64,000 bases of DNA from Haliotis rufescens. Its lineage: Eukaryota. The stretch spans positions 682,001-746,000 of the forward strand of contig NW_025963924.1 in the NCBI RefSeq assembly GCF_023055435.1. Reading direction: 5' to 3'. A program made the translations under genes and the position numbers. The notes beneath the pieces were generated by a model that ran no database searches, had not been told where the DNA came from, and saw only the letters and a list, made by a program, of their open reading frames with translations. Below are positions 49,711 through 61,759 of the stretch, in pieces (position 1 is the first letter of the stretch; every line of letters starts with the position of its first letter).

Positions 49711-51556
49711 ACATCTACATTTCATGTCAGTATTGAAGCAGTTAAGCTGGTCTTCCCAATACTCACCATTTTAATACGATTTCTGTTCCGCATTCACGAA
49801 CACGTTCAACAACATATCCATAAAAGGCTCGAGCTATGCGCCCGGGTCACCATAATCGAACAAGGTTATTAAGAAGGAAGTACATGCTACCCTTTAGCTA
49901 AAACACGAATATAACACGTCACTTTATTGCTCCCTCTGGTAATGGGTTAGACCAACTGTGACCCACACCTCAACAACAGGAGAGTTGTTGCATTTGAATG
50001 CCGGGTTTACGCAGGCTGTTGAAATACTTGAGCTACCGCCCTCCCATAGCATACCACGTGGCCGGGGGTCGATCATCTGTGACGTCACGTGACCAGTTCT
50101 GAAATCTACATCTATCTGAAACGGGTACACTGCACACTTCGTCAAACACCTGTCATTCACCCGAATAGGTAAGTAATCGTATTTCAGCTTCTGTTTTACG
50201 CTATCGGCTATCGTTATCATCTGATGTTCGTTTTGGGAACTGTAGCTGTAGAGGTCTCAGGACCATACAGAAATATATTGATTGATAAATGCATTCTTTC
50301 CTACAAGCAACTACCGTGAGTCTGGAGCGGTCATAACACCGCGTCTCCATAGTGTCTATATGTCTGACCGTAGACTCAATGTACACGGCAATGGAAAACC
50401 GGTTCTGTCAATTATTCATACCACACGCTCCTGCATACAGCGGTGTCCATGTCTTTTCTACTTCTAGACAGTATCATATGTGATATATTGCACCTTATAT
50501 CGAGGAACATTGGTAGCGAAATGGGCGAGGGGTGCATATATATTTCACTGGAGGAGTGGGGTTTAGTTGACATCGAATTCGGGGTCAGATGGATGACATG
50601 ACTCCGACAGTTGTTTTCTAACCAAAGGCATCATATATCAAACACAGAATTATGCATGAATGCCCCAGCCATAGGTTTGGGGTGCGACTAGCTTGAACGG
50701 GTCTCACTAAGCCAGATAAGCAGGTTTCGCGTATTATACTGAAATGGGGAGTGCTGTTGATCATTCAAGCTTGAAGCTTAGACAGCAAGTTGCTTTCACC
50801 ATATCGACCGCCACAATAGACTGAACAGGACTCGAGGTGTAATAGGCCCAGGGGCTGGCTTTATAAGATGATTGTACAGAGAATGCATTGAACATTAAGC
50901 AATTTTACCTCGTCTTCGGCTGTTGCGTCACTGTGGGTTAAAGTCAAAACGCATCGAACCATACATCCAGAACGCTTAGGGGGTGGGGGATGGGGAGGGC
51001 GGGGAACCTTCAAACCCAAAACAGCCCGTGCTGTCAATTTCGACAGTTCTGTGTCCAGCAGTCTAGCCCGGTATCGAAATCCGAGGGTGTTGTGGTTGTT
51101 GTGGATGGAAGCAGTAGATGCTGTCCTCAAGGATGTGGAGACAGCTGGTTTCTTTGACACCGTGGCGAATAATAATGAACGTTCAGTCAACAGATGTGAC
51201 GAATCAAATTTTATTGTTATTGTGGCATATACCGTTTCTGTGAAGTCACATGACCATTCCTTTGAAATATTGTCTGCTATTAAATGTGTGTGTGTATTAT
51301 ATATATATGTCTTATGTACCTATATATAAGTATGTGTGTGTGTGCGCGTATGCGTATGCGTGTGCGTGTGTATGTATGTAAACTTTAAAGGTCGGTTTAG
51401 GCAAACAAGACGTTTAACATTGATACCTTGACACTCATCACCAGGGCAGAATGTGTCCCCGGTCGATGTTGAACGACCTTTGTGGACATCCGATCCATTT
51501 TAACGTCTTTCACATGTTATTTCTCATACCACGCAAGCCTCACTGCTTGTAGATGT

Positions 51557-51779
51557 AGTGAGTATGGCTTTACGCCGCGTTTAGCAATATTCCAGCACTA
51601 TCACGGCGGGGGACACCAGAGATGTACTTCACACATTGTACCCATTGATATCATGAGCAACAACCCGCTCCGTCGGGATACGATGACTCGCGATCAGTCA
51701 AATAAATCACCGAGCCATCCAAACTGGTCATCGCGAACGACCAGAAAAAGGGACCTGTTCTAACCCCGGTCCTCCGGGG
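51557..51779 (-). mobile_element. Family B 3' part joined to a diverged family A 5' part
   Basis: GGGGGACACCAGA...CACATTGTACCCAT is followed by ATCATGAGCAAC...GGACCTGTTCTAACCCCGGTCC. Confidence 0.65.
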
Positions 51780-52500
51780 TAGCTTGGTTAATGACCCTAC
51801 GCGATATATTCATGGAATAGGCTTACCAAGTGACAGTGTTTTATTCAGTATGATGTTCTTCCTCCAATATTGTATTAGAGCGATGAGTCAGAGTTCTTAT
51901 TATCCCAAGTTATACCCCTGTCAGCCTCGCTCTATTTCTACTGCGTCAACCAAGGTGCATGGGACGCACTTACGCTGTAAAGAGACTAGCGCGACGGAGC
52001 TTGTCTAGAAATACACCAGATTATGTCAAGGGGAATCCTGCCCTCTGATAAACCACAGGCCGTCGTGTAAGAGATTAGGATTCGATATTAAGACACGTTT
52101 TTTCTTTATTTCTGACATGAACAGGAAGGTCAAGGACATCTTTTCCTAATACGTTTCTGTGTTATGATTGGCTGAAACGTGCTTGCTTTTTTTTGTCCAC
52201 AAGACCAGAATTGTTCTCGACAGAACTCACTTTCTTCATCCATTGAAAGTGACGTGATTGACGGATAACGTTACATCATGGGTCACATAGCTCAACTGTC
52301 GTCTTACGAAGTAGCGCACAAAGGACTGAAGAAGCATACATTTCTAAACATAATCAAAACTGTAGTTCTCAAGAATAAATGGTACATTTTGAACGCCTTC
52401 AAGCACTACACGCGTATAGCATGAGATATGGGATAGCTTGTGCTAAAAGACTGATAAGACTGGAAAATTGCGAATACGGCGTGTAACGATTATCATTTTT

Positions 52501-52706
52501 TTTGGTTTGGTTTGTTGTTTAACGCCGCAATCAGCAATATTACAGGATCGGGTGGTCAGGCTCGCTGACGTGGTTGATGTATGTCATCTATCCCAATGGC
52601 GTGGATCGATGCTCATGATGTCAATGACTGGATTGTCTGGTCCAGACATTACTTTTCACAGACTGGAATATTGCTGAGTACAGCGTTCATCAACAAACAA
52701 ACAAAA
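52501..52706 (+). mobile_element. SINE family A with an inverted copy of the tail at its 5' end
   Basis: TTTAACGCCGCAATCAGCAATATT (reverse tail) directly precedes a + strand body and tail. Confidence 0.78.
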
Positions 52707-53065
52707 CTTAGCAGAACTTAATGTTATAGGAAGCTAGCTATCGCCTGTGACTGAAATACGATTCTGACGTCATAGCGAGTGGGTTGATTGAGTGACGAGT
52801 TTGTTCAGCATTCTTTCCTGAGGAAAACATTTTCCAGCACTGAGAAGTAATATAATAGAACTGCCTGACGCATCTCTCTAAGGCAAAACAAATGTTTCTA
52901 CACACCCAAATATGGCAGGTGTCAAATTAAATACGACGTCAGTAAAGGCGTGGAAACCTATAACCAGGAAGATGTAGGTTTTATCAACGTTTACATTCTT
53001 TTGAAAGATTTTGATACACACTCAGTGTGTTTACTTTTAATGTTGCTTCTAAATATGGCACAAAG

Positions 53066-53582
53066 GTGGTGTTGGGTGATATGGGGTTTAACGTCGCGTA
53101 CAAGATTATAGCACGAATATAGCGACGTGCTTGCACGTGTGTGTGTGTGTGTGTGTGTGTCTGCTTGTACTAGTCCGGACTAATGCCGAGTCTATAGCGC
53201 TAGCCCACTGAGATACCATGCCACTGTTGAACACGTATACCCCACTCAGACATAGTATACTGACTCCGACCCGACCAGTCCTTGTTTTAACCCCTTAACA
53301 ACAGGGTAACAACAAGTACCATATTTTAACATCTTTTGGTATGGTTGGTTGGTTTGTTGTTTAACCGCACTCAGCAATATACCAGCTATATGACGGCGGT
53401 CTGCAAATAATCGAGTCTGGACCAGACAATCCAGTGATTAATATCATGAGCATCGATCCACGCAAATGGGATCGATGACATGCATCAAACATGTCAGCTC
53501 TTTTGGTATGACACCGCCGGGAATCGAACTCGTGAACTCCCGCACTCCGGGCAGACGCTCTACCCTGGGACCACGGAACCGG
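53066..53582 (-). mobile_element. SINE family C containing a nested family A SINE (53344-53498)
   Basis: 12-bp TSD TCTTTTGGTATG (53332-53343 / 53499-53510); B box GAGTTCGATTCC on the minus strand. Confidence 0.92.
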
Positions 53583-55321
53583 AGAACAGAATGCCAGTTG
53601 TAGAGATTCATAGTTTCCGAAATATCATATATAAGGAATACATATTTTTGTGTATAATATATATTGTTATTCCTAATATTGATATATATCGTACAGAAGC
53701 ACACAAGGGTAATACTCTTCATCATATAATATTATTCCTAAAATATATTAATCCGATTCGATGTTTAAGACGTAATTTCGCTGAATGAAGTGACTGTTGG
53801 AAACCGCGTATGAATACAGTGTTTGAGTAAATCGCCTCGTTTGTCAAATAGTGCCAAATGATTAGCAGAATCAAATTATTTACAGGATCACCCAAACATA
53901 GGGAAACCCCAATTTGTTATTGGGAGCGTTGGTCAATATAAATCTGCCATCCCATTTCTCTGCCAATATGAAGTCCTTTGCTTTTGGATAAATAGATACT
54001 TTAACAAAAGAATCACAATGAAAGTGAATTACTGTGAATTACAGCACAGAAAAGTTCATCCTTAAACAAGCAATAAAGGGTTTACTTATTAATACAAGCA
54101 TTATAAATGACACAGTTAAGTTGTTTTTTCAAGGAGATGCACGTCATGATCACAGTTTCACTTCGACTTAGCAGGACAATGGTGTACATGCTTTGTTATT
54201 TGGGACAACAAAATATGTTCGAGACAAAAACAATTCGACACAACAGAATTCGACATAGAGTTCGACGCTATGCAGTGTTCAACTGTATAGAGAAGGAGAG
54301 TATCACAACAGAATATTATATTTATCTTGTCAACACGTTACATCCGTCTGTTGGGGACAAGGGCTCTATACACGCAGATAGTTCATACAACGGATGGAAT
54401 GTTCGAGCTTGTTACCAGCCAGTACCCCACGCTGAGCGTATTCAAACAAGATTATGAATAATCATATTCATCTCGCATATTCTGTGTTGATATGTCATAA
54501 ATGCTCCTTTGAAGAGTCCTGTTTCACAAAGGTCTATTTATATGGGCCCGGACAAGGAATTCACATACTTAACAATAATAGGGGATTTCGAAGGTAACAG
54601 ACCCTGACGATGTGGACATGGTCTTGTTGCTAAATGTATTCATACTGCTCGTGCATGCTTGTGTTTTCTTGTGTTTGTTTTAACCAACCAGCTACTCCGT
54701 GTTATCTCAAGCCGACTATCTGGGAAATTGGGTAGTCAATCTTGGCTAACTGCATGTGGTGGAGTCGGAATGACATTGATCGTTGTCTGGTTATCTGCCT
54801 GGATGAGATTCAAAGTCCTCCGTGACATAAGCTGCCGAGCACAAGACAGTCTCTACCCATGATTGATGGTGTCTAGATATGAAACAACCCAGAAATGGTT
54901 ATTCGCTGGTGATGTGTTTGATGCGGGTATCATGGTTGTGTTGTGGACCCTAAGTTTGCGGTGTGTCCGCGACTGTTTTTAGGCTAGTCACGTTTTCATA
55001 ACGCTTGTGATATTTTTGTTGATCCAATTTTTAAGTGTGTACTTTCTTTTGACCGGTAGTTTATCTGTGATGCTGCGGACTGCGGCATTAAACAACATTC
55101 ACTCACACATTTATTTCGAAGTTACGTCCCTTGTGCAGTGTGCACCCAGATGCACTGGTGGTATGTTGATGTGGACAGTTAATCACATGGGTATCACCTG
55201 CCACGTCAACAATAAGGATGCATGTACCATTCGTTTAATCGTCGTAATGGCGGACGGGGGCTTGTAAGGGCAATCTTCTAAGGCGCCGAAATTAGCTGCC
55301 CCGAGTAACGTTTCCTAGGCG

Positions 55322-55540
55322 TGTTTGTTTGTTTGTTTGTTTGTTTGTTTGTTTGTTGTTTAACTCAGCAATATTCCAGCCATATGACGGCGGTCTGTAA
55401 ATAGTTGAGTCTGGTCCACACAATCAAGTGATTGACATCATGAGCATCGATCCACGCAATTGGAATACGATTACATGCATCAACCAAGCCACCAAGCCTG
55501 ACCGCCCTGACCCGTTAGTCGCCTCTTTCGACAAGCATGC
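55322..55540 (-). mobile_element. SINE family A with an extended (CAAA)n tail
   Basis: Reverse complement of the consensus. Confidence 0.88.
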
Positions 55541-58194
55541 TGTACTTGTACTATTGTATGTATATGTACAATGTATTTCTTGATGGATATATGGATACTA
55601 ACGCTGTCTTCACCTCTTTGCAATACGTTTTGTAATACACATAAACTATGTCATCTAAAACTAATGTACAGCGCTTGGACGATCCAATCTTGTAAAGAGT
55701 TATTAATGTCATCTTTGCTTTATTAACGCAGTTTGTGTGTGTGTAGACATCAGTAGAACATGAAACTGCAATCATGTCATGCAGTGTCAGGGAATGTCAG
55801 CTTTACTCAGGCAAAATGTTCCCGAACGTTACCTTCATGAAAGCCAGTGACTGGGACCTGAAACAATCGGCTACACTCGGCTCCACTCGATTCCACTCGG
55901 CGTATTCCGCTACCGACATAACAGTCTGTCATACAGACCCTGAAACAAATATATCCAATAAAGCTCATGCAAGTCTATAATATTTGTGCAAGTCTAGATT
56001 TCGGAAAATGAAGAAAGTCTCTTGGTTCCTTTTGATTAAATTTTATTACTCAGTCTGTAATTTAACAACTGTTTTTTCGGTAAAACAGGTTCATTTCAGA
56101 GACTAGATGTTTGTCTACCGACATAATATATCAGGCAGCAATGGAGTAGGGATATTACATGAATTTACTGTAAACCGCATAACACCAGATCCCACCGCAT
56201 ATAGATCGCTTAGCATGACGGTCATATTTGAAGATGGTTTACTGTTCTTAAGAGAAATTAGAAACCTTTTTTCGGTCACTGCTTCAAAATATACACTTTT
56301 TTCACATCACATCGAGCCCTACTTCTTATTTAAAACCTAAGGTCAAATCAGTTATTTCAGCATTTACTGTAGAAAATTATCAAACTGATACTCAAAGACA
56401 GCAACGGCATCTCAGGAGGTACATGTGTATGTCAACCTGTCCAAAAAAACCAATTGATCAGGAATATGCCCGCAGGATGAAACTCATCAATACACATGGC
56501 AGACATACTTAATACTGACTGTCAAAAGTAACCGGGGTCACATGGACTGATATGGTATATAGGACGTCTGTAGGACAGTCACGCTTCCCTCTATTTAATG
56601 CCGGATGTAGTGTCTGTTTAAGTCAAAAGTACTGCGTTGTACCAGAGATGTACGCCATACGGTATGAGCTGGTGTACCTGTCCTCAATGGACACTGCAAG
56701 GCTGCATCTGAAGCTTGTTGCGTGACGTAAACCTATATACCTACCAGCTAGCCATATCAGTGTATCTACCAGGATGTGGCCTCGCCCGCAGTAAAGTCTA
56801 CTTTCTCGGATCAGTGAGTACTGACTGTGAAAAGAGCCATCCTGCTGTGTACCTGGTGATTTGAAGACGTCGACTCACTTACGTCGATATGTAGAGCACG
56901 GCCGTACTTATAACACACGTTGTCTTGTCCAGAGCGAGTGTTTTATTGACCTGGGCCCTTTTGGGAAATGATTTATGAAGCTGAATTGCAAAAAAATTAT
57001 TACTCAGTAATACCGGTAATGTGTTTTGGACATAGTGTATGGGCGTGTTTGGTTGAAAAGGAGGTGGTTGGGTTGAGCAGGTCGGGAGGGGAGGGATGGG
57101 TGGGGTGTTATTAAACTTGGACTTGGTGTAGAAAGAATTTATGACTCAGGAAACGTTTTATTTTAGAACAAAACATGAAAGTGAAACTTGTGTAAGAACA
57201 TAATTTGAGACTTTGTTCGATAAGATATTACGGTATACGACGTATTATATAACCTAAGTTGTGTGTTGAGCCCGAGACGGAGCTATGCGTCAAATACATC
57301 CAATTAAATACCATCTAATGGCGAGTCTGCATATACTTCAGGTTGAATATTTAGTTACGCCTATCTTAACGATAACGTTTTGCAAAACTACATCATACAT
57401 TCTAACCCCAAGTAGATAACAAAACCGTTCACAAGACTATATTCTGCGAACATGAAGTAGACTTTTTCAAATATGCAAAGATTTCTCATTCTACAACTCA
57501 GATTTATTAATAGTCACCCCCATAGGTGGTGTAGATCGTTTACGTTATAGAATTTAATGTATGCACACCGGTGCTTGTGATTTGCCCCCGGGGAAATACA
57601 AAGTTCAATGGCGGGCTTTGATTTTTTTAAAGTTCGGCTCTAAGAACCATTAAATGAAATTAATTTGACATTTTACCATCTTTTGAAATCTATAAGAAAT
57701 GTCACTCGAAACAACATAAAAAGCAGGCGTGTCAGATTGCGGGAGTGATTGGCTCCATCAAGAACATCCGATAATTAATAGGAGCATGTGGAGCCGTCGA
57801 ACAAGTATATAATTAACACTTCTGTCAAGAACGTGTGGAGTCAGGGATGGAGATATCATACCGAGTTTTCATAACAAGAAACGCGTTAATAAGGATCATC
57901 TATAGACGTGTCAGCTAGTACAGGCCTGTGCACTGCACACCCTAATGAAATGTTCGATAACGTTACGACGTGTGCTTACTAGTGTGAGATGTATCTTGGA
58001 TGAGCGTCACTGGTCGATATGTAGGCATCTTGTATATAGTAAGGGCAGGCGTCAACACTGATGCACATGTGCCTGAAAAGGAGGGATTTGGGAGAACGGT
58101 GAGAATCCCAATGAAAAGGACTTACTCGATAGTGAAAATCGATTCCCATTATCTACCTGTTTGACCGGACTTAAATTGGCAGCTTCTGCGTGTT

Positions 58195-58318
58195 AGTGGG
58201 TATGTTTTTACGCCGCTTTTTGCAATATTCCAGCAATATCAAATCACATTGTACCCATGTGGGGAATAGAACCCGGGACAAGCAAATGCTTCAGCCAATA
58301 GGCTACCCCACCGCCCCT
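58195..58318 (-). mobile_element. SINE family B, internally deleted
   Basis: CACATTGTACCCATGTGGGGAATAGAACCCGGG...AGGCTACCCCACCGCCCC. Confidence 0.8.
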
Positions 58319-58354
58319 GTGTGTGAGGCCAGCTTAGTCTGTATTTTCCAGGCC

Positions 58355-58585
58355 GTCTGTGGGTCTGGTTTACACGTCTGTGGGTCTGGTTTACACGTCT
58401 GTGGGTCTGGTTTACACGTCTGTGGGTCTGGTTTACACGTCAGTGGGTCTGGTTTACACGTCTGTGGGTCTGGTTTACACGTCTGTGGGTCTGGTTTACA
58501 CGTCTGTGGGTCTGGTTTACACGTCAGTGGGTCTGCTTTACACGTCTGTGGGTCTGCTTTACACGTCTGTGGGTCTGCTTTACAT
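58355..58585. repeat. 21-bp minisatellite GTCTGTGGGTCTGGTTTACAC (~11 units)
   Basis: Near-perfect tandem units. Confidence 0.96.
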
Positions 58586-59104
58586 GCCTGACAGTCTGTA
58601 TTTGTCTGACCGCCCGACTCTCAGGTAGATTGCCAATATAAAAAATCTATATTCTACGTGATTACTTACTTCTGACTTCTGTCCTCAGACATAACCTGTG
58701 TATATGTCTACCTCAACTATTGGATTCTGGATTTCCCTTGCTTGGCGTCAAAGCCGTCTGAAGTTAATGATAAATTTGTGACTTGGCTAGTTGTGTGTCA
58801 ATGTACCCCGACGTCTGATTTGTCTGACCAAGATTCGAGTATTGACATGCGCAGTGATGTGGCTGGGATATTCCTGAATGCGGCGTAAAACAACAACTAT
58901 CCAATTCACTCCCTTTCTGTGCTCGTAAACTGACAGCTGACCTTTATGACCGCCCATGACATTCTGGTGAAAGTACTCGTGATTTATGTAAACATTGCCC
59001 TTAGACCAGCCTCAGACGTTTTTCAAGGCGTGAGGGTCGACCTTCAGGAAAAGTTAATCACGCCAACATCCGGGTGCGTATCTCTGTTAATGTTGTCCTC
59101 CCCT

Positions 59105-59219
59105 TGATGCTTGTCAATCACCGGGTTGTCTGGTCCATACTTGATTATTTACAGAACGCCGTCATATAGCTGGAATAATCCCGAGTGCGGCGTTAAACAA
59201 CAAACAAACAAAGACAAAC
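59105..59219 (+). mobile_element. SINE family A 3' fragment
   Basis: TTGTCTGGTCCA...TATAGCTGGAATAATCCCGAGTGCGGCGTTAAACAACAAAC. Confidence 0.82.
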
Positions 59220-59385
59220 ATGAAGCAACATTACTTTACGTGTTACATTCTATGATAATGATAATGTGTGACTGCAGCATAACATGAACTTCAGATAGAA
59301 AATCATTTACGAACTTTATTAACCATGTGCAGCAACACATTACTCCGGTATACTGTTAATGCGGTTATATCCGGCCATCTCTTAT

Positions 59386-59580
59386 GTATGGCATCCTAGA
59401 AGGGACATTACCACAGCGCGACATTTTGGCCATTTGTCGAATTGTCGCGTTGTCGCATTGTCGCGCGCGCTTGGTTTATTTTGACACTTGTTTTTGAAAG
59501 AGCGACAATGCGACAATGCGACAATGCGACAAATGGCCAAAATGTCGCGCTGTGGTAATGTCCCTTCAAGGATTCCATAC
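59386..59580. mobile_element. Fold-back MITE (195 bp) with ~80-bp TIRs and a 4-bp TSD TTAT
   Basis: GTATGGCATCCTAGAAGGGACATTACCACAGCGCGACATTTTGGCCATTTGTCG... is mirrored at the right end; internal (TTGTCGCA)n; TTAT at 59382-59385 and 59581-59584. Confidence 0.92.
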
Positions 59581-59710
59581 TTATGTCAAGTTTTTACGGA
59601 ACTGATGTCCTATTGAAATTTTAGGACAATACATTTTGTCTAACCTCTAAACCTAAATTGGGAACTCATTGTGTTAGCATTTCATACCCACTGCGGCCTC
59701 ATTTATTAGC

Positions 59711-59882
59711 GGGGCGGTAGGGTAGCCTAGTGGTTAAAGCGTTCGCTCGTCACGCCGAAGACCCGGGTTCGATTCCTGACATGGGTACAATGTGTGAAGC
59801 CCATTTCTGGTGTCCCCCGCCGTGATATTGCTGGAATATTGTTAAAAGCGGCGTAAAACCATACTCACTCACTCACTCACTC
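59711..59882 (+). mobile_element. Full-length tRNA-Asp-like SINE family B
   Basis: A box TAGCCTAGTGG, GTC anticodon-like loop, B box GGTTCGATTCC, tail GCTGGAATATTGTTAAAAGCGGCGTAAAACCATACTCACTC. Confidence 0.95.
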
Positions 59883-60526
59883 CTTAATAAGCGACATTAG
59901 CATTCAAAGGGTCGACAAGAACGATACTTTGCCCAGTGACGAGAAAACTGTTTATATGGCCTGTCAGCTTATTATTTTACGGTTTCATTAAGCTAAGTTC
60001 CAGGTCACTATAGGGAGTAGAGAATGGCCCAGAATTCAAACATGATCACGAAGCGCCTTACGGTGTATTAAGACTATGACGTGACGGAACGGGCGCTGTG
60101 GGAATTAAGAAGAATTTTTGGGGTGCTCATCCAATTCATTTCACAAGACCGTGCATTCACACACTCAATATTTGGCCACCATTGATTTCAGCGAAAAACG
60201 CTTTTGGAAGACATTTCCAAAACCTGTCAATTCTCCCAGACTCGGAAAACATATCCGAAGAGAGATTCCTGTGTGTGTCTGCTGGTGTGTTGACATTCTG
60301 GAGCAACGTGCCACCGGGTCTGCAGGATTAGCACTCATTGATCAAGGGATGGTTCTATGGTGTACAGCCTGACCACAATATAACGTCTTGCTGCACTATG
60401 TCGGATACGGTCTGACCGACGGAAGGTCCATGTCGTTACAGTGTGGTCATTGTACATTCGTTGTCTGTGTCAACTTAAATGACAGGTCATTCGCGGATTT
60501 GAGAGTTGGTGTAGTTTGGTCACGAA

Positions 60527-60795
60527 GGTTGGTTGGTTGGTTTGTTGTTTAACGCCGCACTCAGCAATATTCCAGCTATATGACGGCGGTCTGTAAATAA
60601 TCGAGTCTGGACCAGACAATCCAGTGATTAATATCATGAGCATCGATCCACGTAATCGGGATCGGTCACATGCATCAACCAAGTCAGCGAGCCTGACCAC
60701 CCGATCCCGTTAGTCGCCTCTTACGACAAGCATAGTCGCCTTTTACGGCAAGCATCGGTTGCTGAAGACCCATTCTACCCCGGAATCTTCACGTC
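60527..60795 (-). mobile_element. Near full-length, close-to-consensus SINE family A, followed by a family D 3' fragment (60793-60880)
   Basis: Reverse complement of the consensus, including the duplicated hairpin. Confidence 0.93.
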
Positions 60796-61162
60796 TGAGA
60801 CCTGCATCACTTTCCTCCCACGTCAAGGTGACAGGCCGTCATACAACTGAAAAGCGGCGTTAAACCAAAACCCACACTCAAAATTAAGACCTATGCTGAT
60901 ACTCTCGCACTCCTGGATACCGTTAGGTTTGTGCACTAGGTTTAAGACAGTGTTATGTGTGTAACAAGTCATAACAACGACAATATGTTTTAACACGCAC
61001 ATTTATGTAATAAACCGTGAGGTGAGATTGAAGAATAAATTGCCTTGTCAAAACTGAAGCAATGTCTCTTCTAAGTAGCAGTTTTATGTGTTAGAAGCTT
61101 TGACAGTTTGCTATAAGTTCGGATTTCAATTACATTGTACTCTATTTCGTAACTAGTAACTA

Positions 61163-61336
61163 CAGTCGAACTTCGTTGTGTCGAACTCTTGGAGACCTGG
61201 AAAATAGTTCGAGTTTTCCAGGGCTCGAAACATCAGAAAAATGTTAAAACTTAATTTGGATACTTGGGACTCCCAAATGAGTTCGAGACAACCGGGAATT
61301 CGACACATCCAAGTTCGAAACAACGAAGTTCGACTG
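61163..61336. mobile_element. Tc1/mariner (pogo/Tigger-type) MITE
   Basis: TIR CAGTCGAACTTCGTTGT / ACAACGAAGTTCGACTG flanked by a TA TSD; internal TTCGA repeats. A related right-end remnant lies at ~54200-54288. Confidence 0.92.
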
Positions 61337-61759
61337 TATTATAATTACCTCATATGGGGACCTGAAAAACATATATAATTGCTTGTTAGATTTCCCTGTA
61401 AGCTAATAGCTTTACGAAATACGCATGCGTGGCTTCCGGTGTACTGGAGTGGTTTATGGTGGAACATTACACTGACGGTCCTTCTGGGATTGACAGTTGA
61501 TGTCACCTCCGTGAGATTTGATATGTGTATGACAACTTTGTCCTTTGTTTTTTTAATCTGCCACTTCACATTGCCTCTGTGTTATTTAATCGGTCATTTT
61601 TTTACAACCAGTACGGGACTGATGATATGTTTAGTACTTTAGGGAATATTGTATAAAGCCGCACTGAGCAATATTCAGCTATATCACGGCGGCCTGAACA
61701 TACTCGTGTCTGGTATAGGCAAACCAGTGATTGACATCATGAGCAACGATCCACAATAA

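Noticed and set aside
58352-58624. (CGSGLHV)n coding exon from the 21-bp repeat
   Set aside because: Open frames are expected from a stop-free 21-mer and the best frame stops at 58591.
59711-59785. tRNA-Asp gene
   Set aside because: No proper acceptor stem; continues into a SINE body and tail; multiple decayed copies, one with a TSD.
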